From NCBI GenBank assembly GCA_950097015.1, contig CATNEN010000029.1, positions 8,494,001-8,558,000 on the forward strand: a stretch of 64,000 bases of DNA, read 5' to 3'. Below the pieces are notes generated by a model. That model worked only from the letters and a program-made list of their open reading frames with translations, was not told where the DNA came from and searched no databases. A program made the translations under genes and the position numbers. This DNA comes from Macrostomum hystrix (lineage: Eukaryota; Animalia; Platyhelminthes). Shown in pieces: positions 31,082-42,700 of the stretch; position 1 is the first letter of the stretch, and each line of letters opens with the position of its first letter.

Positions 31082-32772
31082 CTAAAGCTGGCTGATGGTG
31101 TGTGCGATGATAGACTGCAGCCGGTGGGCGGCCAGCTGGCTGGCCTTCAGCACCTCCAGGTGCACGCCGGTCTGGTCGACCTCCGAGTCCGAGTCGGTCA
31201 CGGCCACGTTGGTGATGATTGAGAAGCCGATGACCCGCACCTTGCACTGCTTGGCCACAATCGCCTCGTGGACTGTACTCATGCCGACCACGTCGGCGCC
31301 CAGGCTGCGCAGCAATCGGCACTCGGCGGGCGTCTCGAAGTGCGGCCCGCCCAGCATGGCGTAGATGCCGGTACGGAGTGACACGCCGCTGATCGCGGCG
31401 GCGGCCGCCACCTGGACAACAGGCGGGCAGAAATTTTTGACATTGTGACCCCAGCTACCCCCGCTGCCCTTTCTACCTTTCTACCCCAGCTACCCCCGCT
31501 GCCCTTTCTACCTTTCTACCCCAGCTAACCCCTCTGCCCTTTCTACCTTTCTACCCCAGCTACCCCCTCTGCCCTTTCTACCTTTCTACCCCAGCCACCC
31601 CCGCTGCCCTTTCTACCTTTCTACCCCAGCTACCCCCGCTGCCCTTTCTACCTTTCTACCCCAGCTAACTTTCTGGTAAAAGAATCCGATTTCCTAACAA
31701 GTTTAGACTCTACAACTGGGCTTATGGTCTCTTATCTCGTGTCGGGGTTGAGTGGCAGAACGGTTAACGCGTTTGTCTCTCGCACCAAGGTCCCTGAGCT
31801 CGATACCGCGGCGAGGCAACATTCCTTTAACCCTTAGACTGCGTAGTCGACTGCACGGTTTAAACGTTGTTTGCGGGATGGCCTGCACTGCAGGCCATAG
31901 ACAACTTTTTTGGCCACTGGGGCGCAGCCGCGGAGAGAAGGCTTGGGGGCTTGTCGTGCAATTTTCGCCCTTGAGGCACAGTTAAAGTTTACACTGTGTG
32001 ACGATGATAAATTCAGGGCAGATGTACACACCTGTGTGAGAGTGTGTCTGCGTACAGTATCTGTGTGCGTGTGTGCTCAGGAGTCAGCGAATTGGGCAGA
32101 ATTGCCTCCTCGCTGGCTGCGGGTCTAGTGTCACCAAATGATGTGCCACTGCCCCGCAGCCCTCCTGCAATTAATACTCCCCCTTGGATGCGCCACAAGT
32201 TGATGCGGCATCGCCGAACAGAACCAACCATTGCAACAACTCACCTTGTCGCGCAGCTTCTTATCGTAGGCATTGTTCATTGGCACAAAGCGGTCGCCGA
32301 ACACCTCCGGGCTCAGGCCCTGCAGCGGACTGAGTCCTGAGAAGCCCGGGAAGTTGAGGTGATCCCGGATGCACATGATGTCCCCCGGCTGGAACTCCGG
32401 CCGCAGTGAGCCGGCAGCGTTGGTGAGGATGACCACTGACACGCCAAGGCGAGCCATGACCCGCATGGGGAATGAGCACTGCAGATAGCTCAGGCCCTCG
32501 TACGGGTGCAGGCGGCCCTGCATGACGCAGACCCGCCGGCCGGACAGCTGGCCCAGCACCAGCACGCCAGAGTGGCCGTGGACGGTGCTCTGGGCGAAGT
32601 GCGGAATGTCGCCGTAGCGAATGCGCACCGCCGGCTCCTGGATGCTGTCGGCCAGCATGCCCAGGCCGGAGCCGCACACAATGCCCACCTCAGGCTGATC
32701 GGCGTAGAAGGAGCGCACATAGTTAGTGGCTTCGTCAATCATTTCCATGGTAACTGCTGGTGCGGAGGCCAT
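31082..32772 (-). CDS. PNP: Purine nucleoside phosphorylase (trimeric, mammalian type), 2 coding exons
   Basis: Exon 32772-32245 (GIVCGSGLG, IPHFAQSTVHGHSG, MQGRLHPYEG, LTNAAGSL, IRDHLNFPG, MNNAYD) and exon 31411-31082 (GIYAMLGGPHFETPAE, GADVVGMST, SIITN). A splice acceptor lies 6 nt upstream of the ATG, at 32779/32778. Confidence 0.97.
31449..31668. repeat. 35-bp minisatellite (CCCCAGCTACCCCCGCTGCCCTTTCTACCTTTCTA)n
   Basis: PNP intron, near the acceptor. Confidence 0.92.
31742..32172 (+). mobile_element. SINE family 1, full-length with a ~90-bp insertion
   Basis: A box GAGTGGCAGAACGGTT, B box GAGCTCGATACC, body GGGCGCAGCCGCGGAGAGAAGGCTTGGGGGCTTGTCGTGCAATT, 3' end CAGCCCTCCTGCAATT. Confidence 0.92.
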
Positions 32773-32902
32773 TGCGTCCTGTGGGAGTCAATTGAGATAT
32801 TGAACATTGTTGCAAATCATTTGAGGGTGTGTCCGCCCTACCTGTATATTATTCTGCTAGAAATTCAGAGCATATGAGGAGAGACGGAAGACAGCTAGCA
32901 GG

Positions 32903-32907
<5 letters not shown>

Positions 32908-32936
<29 letters not shown>

Positions 32937-33043
32937 ATAATAATAATAATAATAATAACAATAATAATAATAATAAAGACCTGTAGCCAGCGAGGAGGCA
33001 GTTTTGCACATTTCGCTGACTCGTGAGCACACACACACAGACA

Positions 33044-33074
<31 letters not shown>

Positions 33075-33362
33075 ATACATACACACACACACTCACACAC
33101 ACACACAGACACTCTCATACATACACACACACACACACAGATACTGTACGCAGGCACTCGCTTACACAGGTGTGTACATCTGCCCCGACTTTCTCATCGT
33201 CAGGCAGTGTAAAATCAACGACCTCAACGGTGTAAATTGCACGACAAGCCCCCAAGCCTTCTCTCCGCGACTGCGCCCCAAATGAAAGCGGCCTCGCCGC
33301 GGAATCGAGCTCAGGGACCTTGGTACGAGAGGCAAACGCATTAACCGTTCTGCTAATCAGCC
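32908..33362 (-). mobile_element. SINE family 1 copy with an internal (CA)n expansion and a (TTA)n tail
   Basis: Head at about 33355 (CTGATTAGCAGAACGGTTAATGCGTTTGCCTCTCG..GAGCTCGATTCCGCGGCGAGG); (TAA)n at 32908-32975; (CA)n at about 33030-33140. Confidence 0.9.
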
Positions 33363-33439
33363 CCAGAAAACTGGGATCTTTAGAAGTGCAAGCTTAGGAA
33401 CTGAGATCCCAATTTTGAAGAAGACTGGAGTAAGAGATA

Positions 33440-33620
33440 CAACCACGGCACACTGGTATGTTGGAGACAAGCCGTGTACAGCTGTTCAGTCTATGGACTG
33501 TAAGGCCACCAAACTTTCGAAAACTGAACTGAAGCAATAGGGGGGTTCCTGGGCTGGGATTCGAACTACAGACCTCTCGATCATAAGTCCGAAGAAGTCC
33601 TGACCAATGGCCTACAAGCT
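33440..33620 (-). mobile_element. SINE family 2, degenerate copy
   Basis: Minus strand has a tRNA-like head (..GAGAGGTCTGTAGTTCGAATCCCAGCCC), then CATTGCTTCAGTTCA-like sequence and CAGTCCATAGACTGAACAGC. Confidence 0.65.
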
Positions 33621-33949
33621 GCTAAGTAGTTTACACACGATAATAGTGTGACACAAAATACTCCAGCTCTTATCTATAGCTCAAATATATAATTCTTATC
33701 GATTCGGAAGATCCGAAAGCCGCTTTGAACTGGTTTCTGGGGTCGTTGTACTACAGTATATGCATTTCCGACTAGCAAGCCGATATAACAAATTAATAAG
33801 ATACGACCGCTCAATTCGCTATCGCTGCTAAAACGACTCCTTTGCAGATTTTCAGATTTTCAAAACAAATGGATTCGAAACCTCAATTTGCTGAAACGAT
33901 TTCAAGAGCACCAATTAAAACGTTTAAAAAGTTTTCAGGCCGAGCGGAC

Positions 33950-34200
33950 TGGCAGAGCGGTCTAATTAACGCGTTTGCCTCTCGCGTTCGTGTTTGTTCG
34001 TCTACACGAAAAAACACAGGGGCTTTTCGTGTAGTTTACACCATTTAGGGCCAACCTCCAAGGTACAGTAAAAGTGTACACTGCCTGACGATGAGAAGTC
34101 AGGGCAGGTGTACACACCTGTGTGAGTGTATGCCTATCTACGGTATCTGAGTGCCTGTGTGCTCAGGAGTCATGTGCCATTGCCCGCAGCCCTCCTGCAA
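33950..34200 (+). mobile_element. SINE family 1 copy (internally deleted)
   Basis: CTGGCAGAGCGGTCT..ACGCGTTTGCCTCTCGC, GGGCCAACCTCCAAGG, TGTACACTGCCTGACGATGAGAAGTCAGGGCAG and CAGCCCTCCTGCAA. Confidence 0.85.
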
Positions 34201-35129
34201 ATATTATTTCTGGGGAGACGTAAGAAAGTCAAGCTGCTGGTTTGACTGTCGTTAAACTATGCTTCATTGTCGCTAAAAGGTTGTTTAAGTTTTCTGCGAA
34301 ACTGCGAATAAAGAGTCCCTTTCGAATATTTTGTGTTTCTCGGTGGTCGTCTAATAAAGGGCTGCCATCGGTACGCATAGAAAACAGTCCTTACCTGAGG
34401 ATTCGGCAGTCAATAAGTCAATTTAATACAAAGGCGAACTCAATTGAGCACAGAGACTATGGCCAGGTCTCTGGAGTTCCGGCCAGGTTTTATAACAATC
34501 CGGTGGTGGTACCGCAGGGGTGGATGGTGTGGGGTCTTAGCCTTCCAGACCGTGGGTGGCTGTCGGTATCTAGGCAGCCCATTAGACTGGCACATCGCCT
34601 TATCTCTAGGCTGTGAGGGTTGGTCATGGTTGGAGTAGTCATCAAGCCGCAATGATAATGGCCCAGTTGCTGCAGATATGACAAGACTTGTAGCAGTGAT
34701 GAGTCATTTCTATTCGACTCTGGCAAGCCCTTGTCACGTGTCGAGTTAAAATGTCTGAAGGACTGTCAGGTACTGTCAAGTGTCTGCGCTAGCATGCTGT
34801 GTCTGGCTTGGCTTGTTTTACTGAAAATCTTTCGCATTCAAAGTCTGCTTACGGGAAATTATTTTGAGCACTGATTTAAAATTATAGTACTGTGAAAATA
34901 CCGGTCAGACAGATAGACAGATCTTAGAGATTTAGAATAGGTGGATTGATAGTGACATTGACTAGCAGTTAGTTAATACTGCATGCATGATTTAAAAAAC
35001 TTCATTAAAATACTATATGTACTCGTATGTATTAATAGCTCGTACATACATCCGTATTACGCTGTGTTAAAATATATCCGAGATACAGCTTGTAGATTAA
35101 AAAACGACTATCTTAAACGAGCGGATAAA

Positions 35130-35822
35130 TTGGCAGTTGGGAGAGGGGATCAATTGGTAATGGGAGATGGGATTAATTGGAAATGGGAGATGGGATAAAT
35201 TGGTAGTTGGGAGAGGGTATCCATTTGTAATGGCAGATGGGATAAATTGGTAGTTAGGAGATAGGATAAATTGGCAGTTGGGAGAGTGGATAAATGGTAG
35301 TTGGGAGAGGGGATAAATTGGTAGTTAGGAGATGAGATAAATCGGTAGTTAGGAGATGGGATAAATTGGCAGTTGGGAGAGGGGATACATTGGTAGTTGG
35401 GAGAGGGGATAAATAAGCAGTTGGGAGAGGGGATCAACTGGTAATGGGAGAGGGGATCAATTGGTAATGGGAGAGGGGATCAATTGGTAATGGGAGAGGG
35501 GATACATTGGCAGTTGGGAGAGGGGATCAATTGGTAATGGGAGAGGGGATCAATTGGTAATGGGAGAGGGGATAAATTGGTAATGGGAGAGGGGATCAAT
35601 TGGTAATGGGAGAGGGGATAAATTGGCAGTTGAGAGAGGGGATCAATTGGTAATGGGAGAGGGGATCAATTGGTAATGGGAGAGGGGATCAATTGGTAAT
35701 GGGAGAGGGGATAAATTGGCAGTTGAGAGAGGGGATCAATTGGTAATGGGAGAGGGGATCAATTGGTAATGGGAGAGGGGATCAATTGGTAATGGGAGAG
35801 GGATAAATTGGCAGTTGGGAGA
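35130..35822. repeat. 23-bp G-rich minisatellite (GGGAGAGGGGATCAATTGGTAAT)n
   Basis: Tandem units downstream of the CAP gene stop codon. Confidence 0.92.
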
Positions 35823-36013
35823 GGTAATGAATCGACCTAGAAGCAAAGAGTTGAAGCAAAGCACGCAGTGTAAATATAATTATCAGCCGAACCATATAGG
35901 GCAATAAATTTATTTAGATCCAATCTGTCACAATGTAATTCAGTCACCACATGGACAACATAGACCTGATTTAACTAGCCCGACATCATCAGAAGTTAGA
36001 GTCCGTTTATCAT

Positions 36014-37960
36014 TCACTTGGGCGATCGGGCCTTAACGCTGTCCCTGTTCACAACCAGCGTGTCGCGCAGAACAAGCGGCTTGCACAAGTTGCACACCTT
36101 GGGACACTTGGGGGCATAGTTAGTATAGGAGCAGATGCCGTTGAAGGTGCAATAATCACTGGGGATGGTGGAGTCGGCGCAAGTGTCTGCAATTTTTGTT
36201 AAAGTTTTTTGTCAGTATGCATGACGCGTTTCAGACCACTGCTAGTAGAATTTCTGCCAAAAAACTTGAAATGTGTACTGATAGGCCGCCAATTTACAAG
36301 TTAGATGACACATACCTACCAAGGTCCCTGAGCGCGATCCTTTGTCGAGGCCAGATTAATTTGGGGCGCAGCCGTGGAGAGAAGGCTTGCGAGAAATTTG
36401 TCGAGTAATTTACCTCCATGGTGGGCCAACCCCAAAGCACAATGAGATTGCACACTGCATGACAATGTAAAATTCGGGGCAGATGTTAAACACCTGTTTG
36501 AGTATGTAAGTTCGGGTCTACTGGCACCTGTGCCCACAGCCCTCCTGCTTCTTGGAGTAATTCGAAGCAAAAACGTATTGATGGAAAAAAAGACGATGGC
36601 ATGGAAGGGGAGTCGAACTCACTCTCGCACTTGTCCCCATAGAAGCCGGCCGGGCATTTGCAGGCGCAGTTGACGGTGTCCAGAGTGCCGCCGTTCTGGC
36701 AGGCGGAGATGGTGCAGGCGCAGTCGGAGTCGCACTGGTCCTTGCGCAGGCAGAGGCCGCGTTGCTTGAACGAATAGTCGCCCTTGCACTGGCTGCCCTC
36801 AGTGCCGCTCACGTAGGGCGACTCGCCGTTGTAGTTGCCGCCGAAAGCGTAGTTGCAAACCACGTTGTAGGGGTAGTTGCTGCACTGCGACACTCCGCAA
36901 CCAACCAGAGTGGTCTTGGCCCACACAACCTGCGTGTAATGGCCGCACACACCGGAGCAGGCCTTGGTGCTGTAGGTGTAGTCTTTGTACTCGTCAAACC
37001 ACATCTGCACGTAGCTGCAACAGGCGATGCGAGTTTGGGCGCATTTGATTACCATTTTTACTTGAGAAAGTCAGGGCCAGATGAACAGTGCCGAATGCTG
37101 CACTGAGGGGAATTCTATCTAGCGCAGCCGCAGCTATTGCGCGACACATCTGAAGGCTGCGTACGGCTGTTCAGTCCATGGACTGGGGGGGACGCCACAC
37201 CCACCATCACATCCACCAGCTAATGCTGGCACCCATTAAACAGCTGGGTGAACTGAAGCAATGCAGAGTTAAATGTATACAGACACACAGAGGAAATTGT
37301 ACCGGTAGAGCCGAGAATTGAATCCTCGACCTTCAAGTCGTGAGTACGACGCTCTAACCACTATAGGCTACAATAAGGTAAAATTGATTCCAATATTTAG
37401 CTGGTGCGTAAATCTGGGTGTTAGTTCTATACCTATCTCCCAATCCCTTTTTCTATAATGATGAAAGTGCTCACGAGCTGAAGTTGCTACTGTAGCCGCC
37501 GGCCCAGTTCTGGCCAACCCAGCTGTAGCCGGGCAGGGCGCGGTCGGCCCCGGTGTCATGTCCGGCGATGCATTTCTTCACCCAGTTGTTGGCGCTGTCC
37601 ATCAGCCGGTCGTCCCACTCCTGTCGGTCAGAATCGGCATGCGATATTTAAAGAGGCCAATATACTGAAAGCTCAGGTTCACAGACTCACCAGGACAGGC
37701 ATGTTAGCCGCTTTGGGCTGAGTTCCGACGAGTCCCTGCGCCGTGCGGGCTCGCAGAACGTTGTGCGCGTCCAGAAGGGCCTGCTTCTGGTCAGCGGTCA
37801 GGCTCACCAGCTGAGCGTTGCACACGGCTGCCATAGCAACCAGGGCCCACGTTAGAGCTGCAGACAAGAGCAAGCAGGAGGCGGGCAATGTGGAGAGTTT
37901 ATGAAATTTACAATTCAGTTCAAACGTTTTACGTCAACACTTACCAAACACAATGGCCAT
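36014..37960 (-). CDS. Secreted CAP (SCP/CRISP/venom-allergen-like) protein with EGF-like and ShKT domains, 5 coding exons
   Basis: Exons 37960-37945 (MAIVF), 37857-37691 (signal peptide, LLDAHNVLRA..AANM), 37620-37475 (EWDDRL..WVKKC..VGQNWA), 37014-36623 (MWFDE..CGHYTQVVWAKTTLVGCG..VVCNY..CQNGGTLDTVNCACKCPAGFYGDKCE) and 36186-36014 (CAD..YC..IC..CPKVCNLC). Phases consistent. Confidence 0.92.
36315..36552 (+). mobile_element. SINE family 1, degenerate copy in a CAP intron
   Basis: CCAAGGTCCCTGAGCGCGATCC, GGGGCGCAGCCGTGGAGAGAAGGCTT and CAGCCCTCCTGC. Confidence 0.8.
37128..37370 (-). mobile_element. SINE family 2 copy in a CAP intron
   Basis: Head TAGCCTATAGTGGTTAGAGCGTCGTACTCACGACTTGAAGGTCGAGGATTCAATTC, core CATTGCTTCAGTTCACCCAGCTG..AATGGGTGCCAGC, and CAGTCCATGGACTG. 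Confidence 0.85.
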
Positions 37961-38514
37961 AACTGAACAGTCGTGTCCTAGCTGAAGAATCTTGTCTGAT
38001 GCAGCTACCGATTGAAGTAGTGGTGCAACTTTGTACCTGTATTTATAACCCAAAAACCTGAACAGGATATTGGCACATTTCGAACACCTGGGTGCCGATT
38101 CTGACTCCGATCCGGAAATGAAAGTTTTTCTTACTACTCGTCACGCAACGAGCGCGCTTCGTTTCGATTGGAAAAATAAACTTTCCATTATTTGCAGTGC
38201 GCCATTGGACACAGTTTGATTGCCACGCAACTACTTTAAATAATTTCCGCCGCGTAGTAGCAAAAGTTTGCAAAATTTGGCCCATTTTAATCTGACATTT
38301 TTAAATCCTTTGTTTGCTCTCCGTGAGGTTCAGCCCACTGTTAGTGCCCGCTGTCCGTTCCATTTGAGCGTAAATTTTGTAAAATAACGCAAACCTGTCT
38401 TTTTTACAAACTAAAAACCAAATATACTTTAGTGCTTCGGCGTGTGCAAAAATACCTAACCCGTGCACTGCAGCCCCTGTTCTGAATAGTCTTGATATGT
38501 TTAGAATGCAATGG

Positions 38515-39445
38515 GTAGATTTTGAAGCTCTTGGGGTAGGTTTTGAAGCTCTTGGGGTAGGTTTTGAAGTTCTTGGGGTAGGTTTTGAAGCTCTTGGGGT
38601 AGGTTTTGAAGCTCTTGGGGGAGGTTTTGAAGCTCTTGGGGTAGGTTTTGAAGCTCTTGGGGTAGGTTTTGAAGCTCTTGGGGTAGGTTTTGAAGTTCTT
38701 GGGGTAGGTTTTGAAGCTCTTGGGGTAGGTTTTGAAGCTTTTGGGGTTTTGAAGCTCTTGGGGTAGGTTTTGAAGCTCTTGGGGTAGGTTTTGAAGCTCT
38801 TGGGGTAGGTTTTGAAGCTCTTGGGGTAGATTTTGAAGCTCTTGGGGTAGGTTTTGAAGCTTTTGGGGTTTTGAAGCTCTTGGGGTAGGTTTTGAAGCTC
38901 TTGGGGCAGGTTTTGAAGCTCTTGGGGTAGGTTTTGAAGCTCTTGGGGTAGGTTTTGAAGCTCTTGGGGTAGGTTTTGAAGCTTTTGGGGTTTTGAAGCT
39001 CTTGGGGTAGGTTTTGAAGCTTTTGAGGTTTTGAAGCTCTTGGGGTAGGTTTTGAAGCTCTTGTGGTAGGTTTTGAAGCTCTTGGGGTAGGTTTTGAAGC
39101 TCTTGGGGTAGGTTTTGAAGCTCTTGGGGTAGGTTTTGAAGCTTTTGGGGTTTTGAAGCTCTTGGGGTAGGTTTTGAAGCTTTTGGGGTTTTGAAGCTCT
39201 TGGGGTAGGTTTTGAAGCTCTTGGGGTAGGTTTTGAAGCTCTTGGGGTAGGTTTTGAAGCTCTTGGGGTAGGTTTTGAAGCTCTTGGGGGAGGTTTTGAA
39301 GCTCTTGGGGTAGGTTTTGAAGCTCTTGGGGTAGGTTTTGAAGCTCTTGGGGGAGGTTTTGAAGCTCTTGGGGTAGGTTTTGAAGCTTTTGGGGTTTTGA
39401 AGCTCTTGGGGCAGGTTTTGAAGCTCTTGGGGTAGGTTTTAAAGC
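38515..39445. repeat. 21-bp satellite (TTTTGAAGCTCTTGGGGTAGG)n with 17-bp variants, about 45 copies
   Basis: Direct tandem units upstream of the CAP gene. Confidence 0.95.
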
Positions 39446-39747
39446 TTGAATTTTTGAAGATCGGAGTCAAAGGTCGTTGATCGAATTTTGATTGATCGAT
39501 TGGTTGAATTTTGACCAGCAAAGCGGAATTCACTTTCTGCATCATTACCAATGCAAATTTTGGTTTCTAAATCAGTATACTTGCAAGCAACTATGCTCCC
39601 TGTTGGGGAGCTTAAACCTGAATGTAATAGTAGTTATAATTATACTAATGTAGTTAAGCTTATTAAAAATGCGTGTAAATTTGTCATCATATTCGGCATC
39701 TTTTGGTGAAGAAACGGTGAAAATCGGTTGAGCCGTTCGAGAGATAG

Positions 39748-42700
39748 CAAGAATCTAGTGCAGTTTAGCAAGAATAAAATGCAGTTTAGCAAGAGTCTAA
39801 TGCAGTTTAGCAAGAATCTAATGCAGTTTAGCAAGAGTCTAATGCAGTTTAGCAAGAGTCTAATGCAGTTTAGCAAGATTCTTTGCAGTTTAGCAAGAAT
39901 CTAATGCAGTTTAGCAAGAGTCTAATGCAGTTTAGCAAGAATCTAATTCAGTTTAGCAAGATTCTTTGCAGTTTAGCAAGAATCTAATGCAGTTTAGCAA
40001 GAATCTAATGCAGTTTAGCAAGAGTCTAATGCAGTTTAGCAAGAGTCTAATGCAGTTTAGCAAGAGTCTAATGCAGTTTAGCAAGATTCTTTGCAGTTTA
40101 GCAAGAATCTAATGCAGTTTAGCAAGAATCTAATGCAGTTTAGCAAGAGTCTAATGCAGTTTAGCAAGAATCTAATTCAGTTTAGCAAGAGTCTAATGCA
40201 GTTTAGCAAGAGTCTAATGCAGTTTAGCAAGATTCTTTGCAGTTTAGCAAGAATCTAATGCAGTTTAGCAAGAGTCTAATGCAGTTTAGCAAGAATCTAA
40301 TTCAGTTTAGCAAGATTCTTTGCAGTTTAGCAAGAATCTAATGCAGTTTAGCAAGAATCTAATGCAGTTTAGCAAGAGTCTAATGCAGTTTAGCAAGAGT
40401 CTAATGCAGTTTAGCAAGAGTCTAATGCAGTTTAGCAAGATTCTTTGCAGTTTAGCAAGAATCTAATGCAGTTTAGCAAGAATCTAATGCAGTTTAGCAA
40501 GAATCTAGTGCAGTTTAGCAAGAATCTAATGCAGTTTAGCAAGAATCTAATGCAGTTTAGCAAGAGTCTAATGCAGTTTAGCAAGAATCTAATGCAGTTT
40601 AGCAAGAATCTAGTGCAGTTTAGCAAGAATCTAATGCAGTTTAGCAAGAGTCTAATGCAGTTTAGCAAGAATCTAATGCAGTTTAGCAAGAATCTAGTGC
40701 AGTTTAGCAAGAATCTAATGCAGTTTAGCAAGAGTCTAATGCAGTTTAGCAAGAATCTAATTCAGTTTAGCAAGAGTCTAATGCAGTTTAGCAAGAGTCT
40801 AATGCAGTTTAGCAAGAGTCTAATGCAGTTTAGCAAGAGTCTAATGCAGTTTAGCAAGAGTCTAATGCAGTTTAGCAAGAGTCTAATGCATTTTAGCAAG
40901 ATTCTTTGCAGTTTAGCAAGAGTCTAATGCAGTTTAGCAAGAGTCTAATGCAGTTTAGCAAGAGTCTAATGCAGTTTAGCAAGAGTCTAATGCAGTTTAG
41001 CAAGATTCTTTGCAGTTTAGCAAGAATCTAATGCAGTTTAGCAAGAGTCTAATGCAGTTTAGCAAGAGTCTAATGCAGTTAAGCAAGAGTCTAATGCAGT
41101 TTAGCAAGATTCTTTGCAGTTTAGCAAGAATCTAATGCAGTTTAGCAAGAATCTAATTCAGTTTAGCAAGACTCTAATGCAGTTTAGCAAGAGTCTAATG
41201 CAGTTTAGCAAGAGTCTAATGCAGTTTAGCAAGATTCTTTGCAGTTTAGCAAGAATCTAATGCAGTTTAGCAAGAATCTAATGCAGTTTAGCAAGAATCT
41301 AATGCAGTTTAGCAAGAATCTAATGCAGTTTAGCAAGATTCTTTGCAGTTTAGCAAGAGTCTAATGCAGTTTAGCAAGAGTCTAATGCAGTTTAGCAAGA
41401 ATCTAATGCAGTTTAGCAAGAATCTAATGCAGTTTAGCAAGAATCTAATGCAGTTTAGCAAGAATCTAATGCAGTTTAGCAAGAATCTAATGCAGTTTAG
41501 CAAGAGTCTAATGCAGTTTAGCAAGAATCTAATTCAGTTTAGCAAGAGTCTAATGCAGTTTAGCAAGAGTCTAATGCAGTTTAGCAAGAGTCTAATGCAG
41601 TTTAGCAAGAGTCTAATGCAGTTTAGCAAGAGTCTAATGCAGTTTAGCAAGATTCTTTGCAGTTTAGCAAGAGTCTAATGCAGTTTAGCAAGAGTCTAAT
41701 GCAGTTTAGCAAGAGTCTAATGCAGTTTAGCAAGAGTCTAATGCAGTTTAGCAAGAGTCTAATGCAGTTTAGCAAGATTCTTTGCAGTTTAGCAAGAATC
41801 TAATGCAGTTTAGCAAGAGTCTAATGCAGTTTAGCAAGAGTCTAATGCAGTTAAGCAAGAGTCTAATGCAGTTTAGCAAGATTCTTTGCAGTTTAGCAAG
41901 AATCTAATGCAGTTTAGCAAGAATCTAATTCAGTTTAGCAAGACTCTAATGCAGTTTAGCAAGAGTCTAATGCAGTTTAGCAAGAGTCTAATGCAGTTTA
42001 GCAAGAGTCTAATGCAGTTTAGCAAGATTCTTTGCAGTTTAGCAAGAATCTAATGCAGTTTAGCAAGAGTCTAATGCAGTTTAGCAAGAATCTAATTCAG
42101 TTTAGCAAGATTCTTTGCAGTTTAGCAAGAATCTAATGCAGTTTAGCAAGAGTCTAATGCAGTTTAGCAAGAATCTAATTCAGTTTAGCAAGATTCTTTG
42201 CAGTTTAGCAAGAATCTAATGCAGTTTAGCAAGAGTCTAATGCAGTTTAGCAAGAGTCTAATGCAGTTTAGCAAGAGTCTAATGCAGTTTAGCAAGAGTC
42301 TAATGCAGTTTAGCAAGATTCTTTGCAGTTTAGCAAGAGTCTAATGCAGTTTAGCAAGAGTCTAATGCAGTTTAGCAAGAGTCTAATGCAGTTTAGCAAG
42401 AGTCTAATGCAGTTTAGCAAGAGTCTAATGCAGTTTAGCAAGATTCTTTGCAGTTTAGCAAGAATCTAATGCAGTTTAGCAAGAGTCTAATGCAGTTTAG
42501 CAAGAGTCTAATGCAGTTAAGCAAGAGTCTAATGCAGTTTAGCAAGATTCTTTGCAGTTTAGCAAGAATCTAATGCAGTTTAGCAAGAATCTAATTCAGT
42601 TTAGCAAGACTCTAATGCAGTTTAGCAAGAGTCTAATGCAGTTTAGCAAGAGTCTAATGCAGTTTAGCAAGAGTCTAATGCAGTTTAGCAAGATTCTTTG

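Noticed and set aside
38301-39551. 416-aa Lys/Pro/Ser-rich ORF resembling a histone H1 tail
   Set aside because: All three frames of the repeat are stop-free on this strand, and the ORF drifts between them at 17-bp variants, so there is no sign of frame selection. The flanks show no recognisable coding signal.
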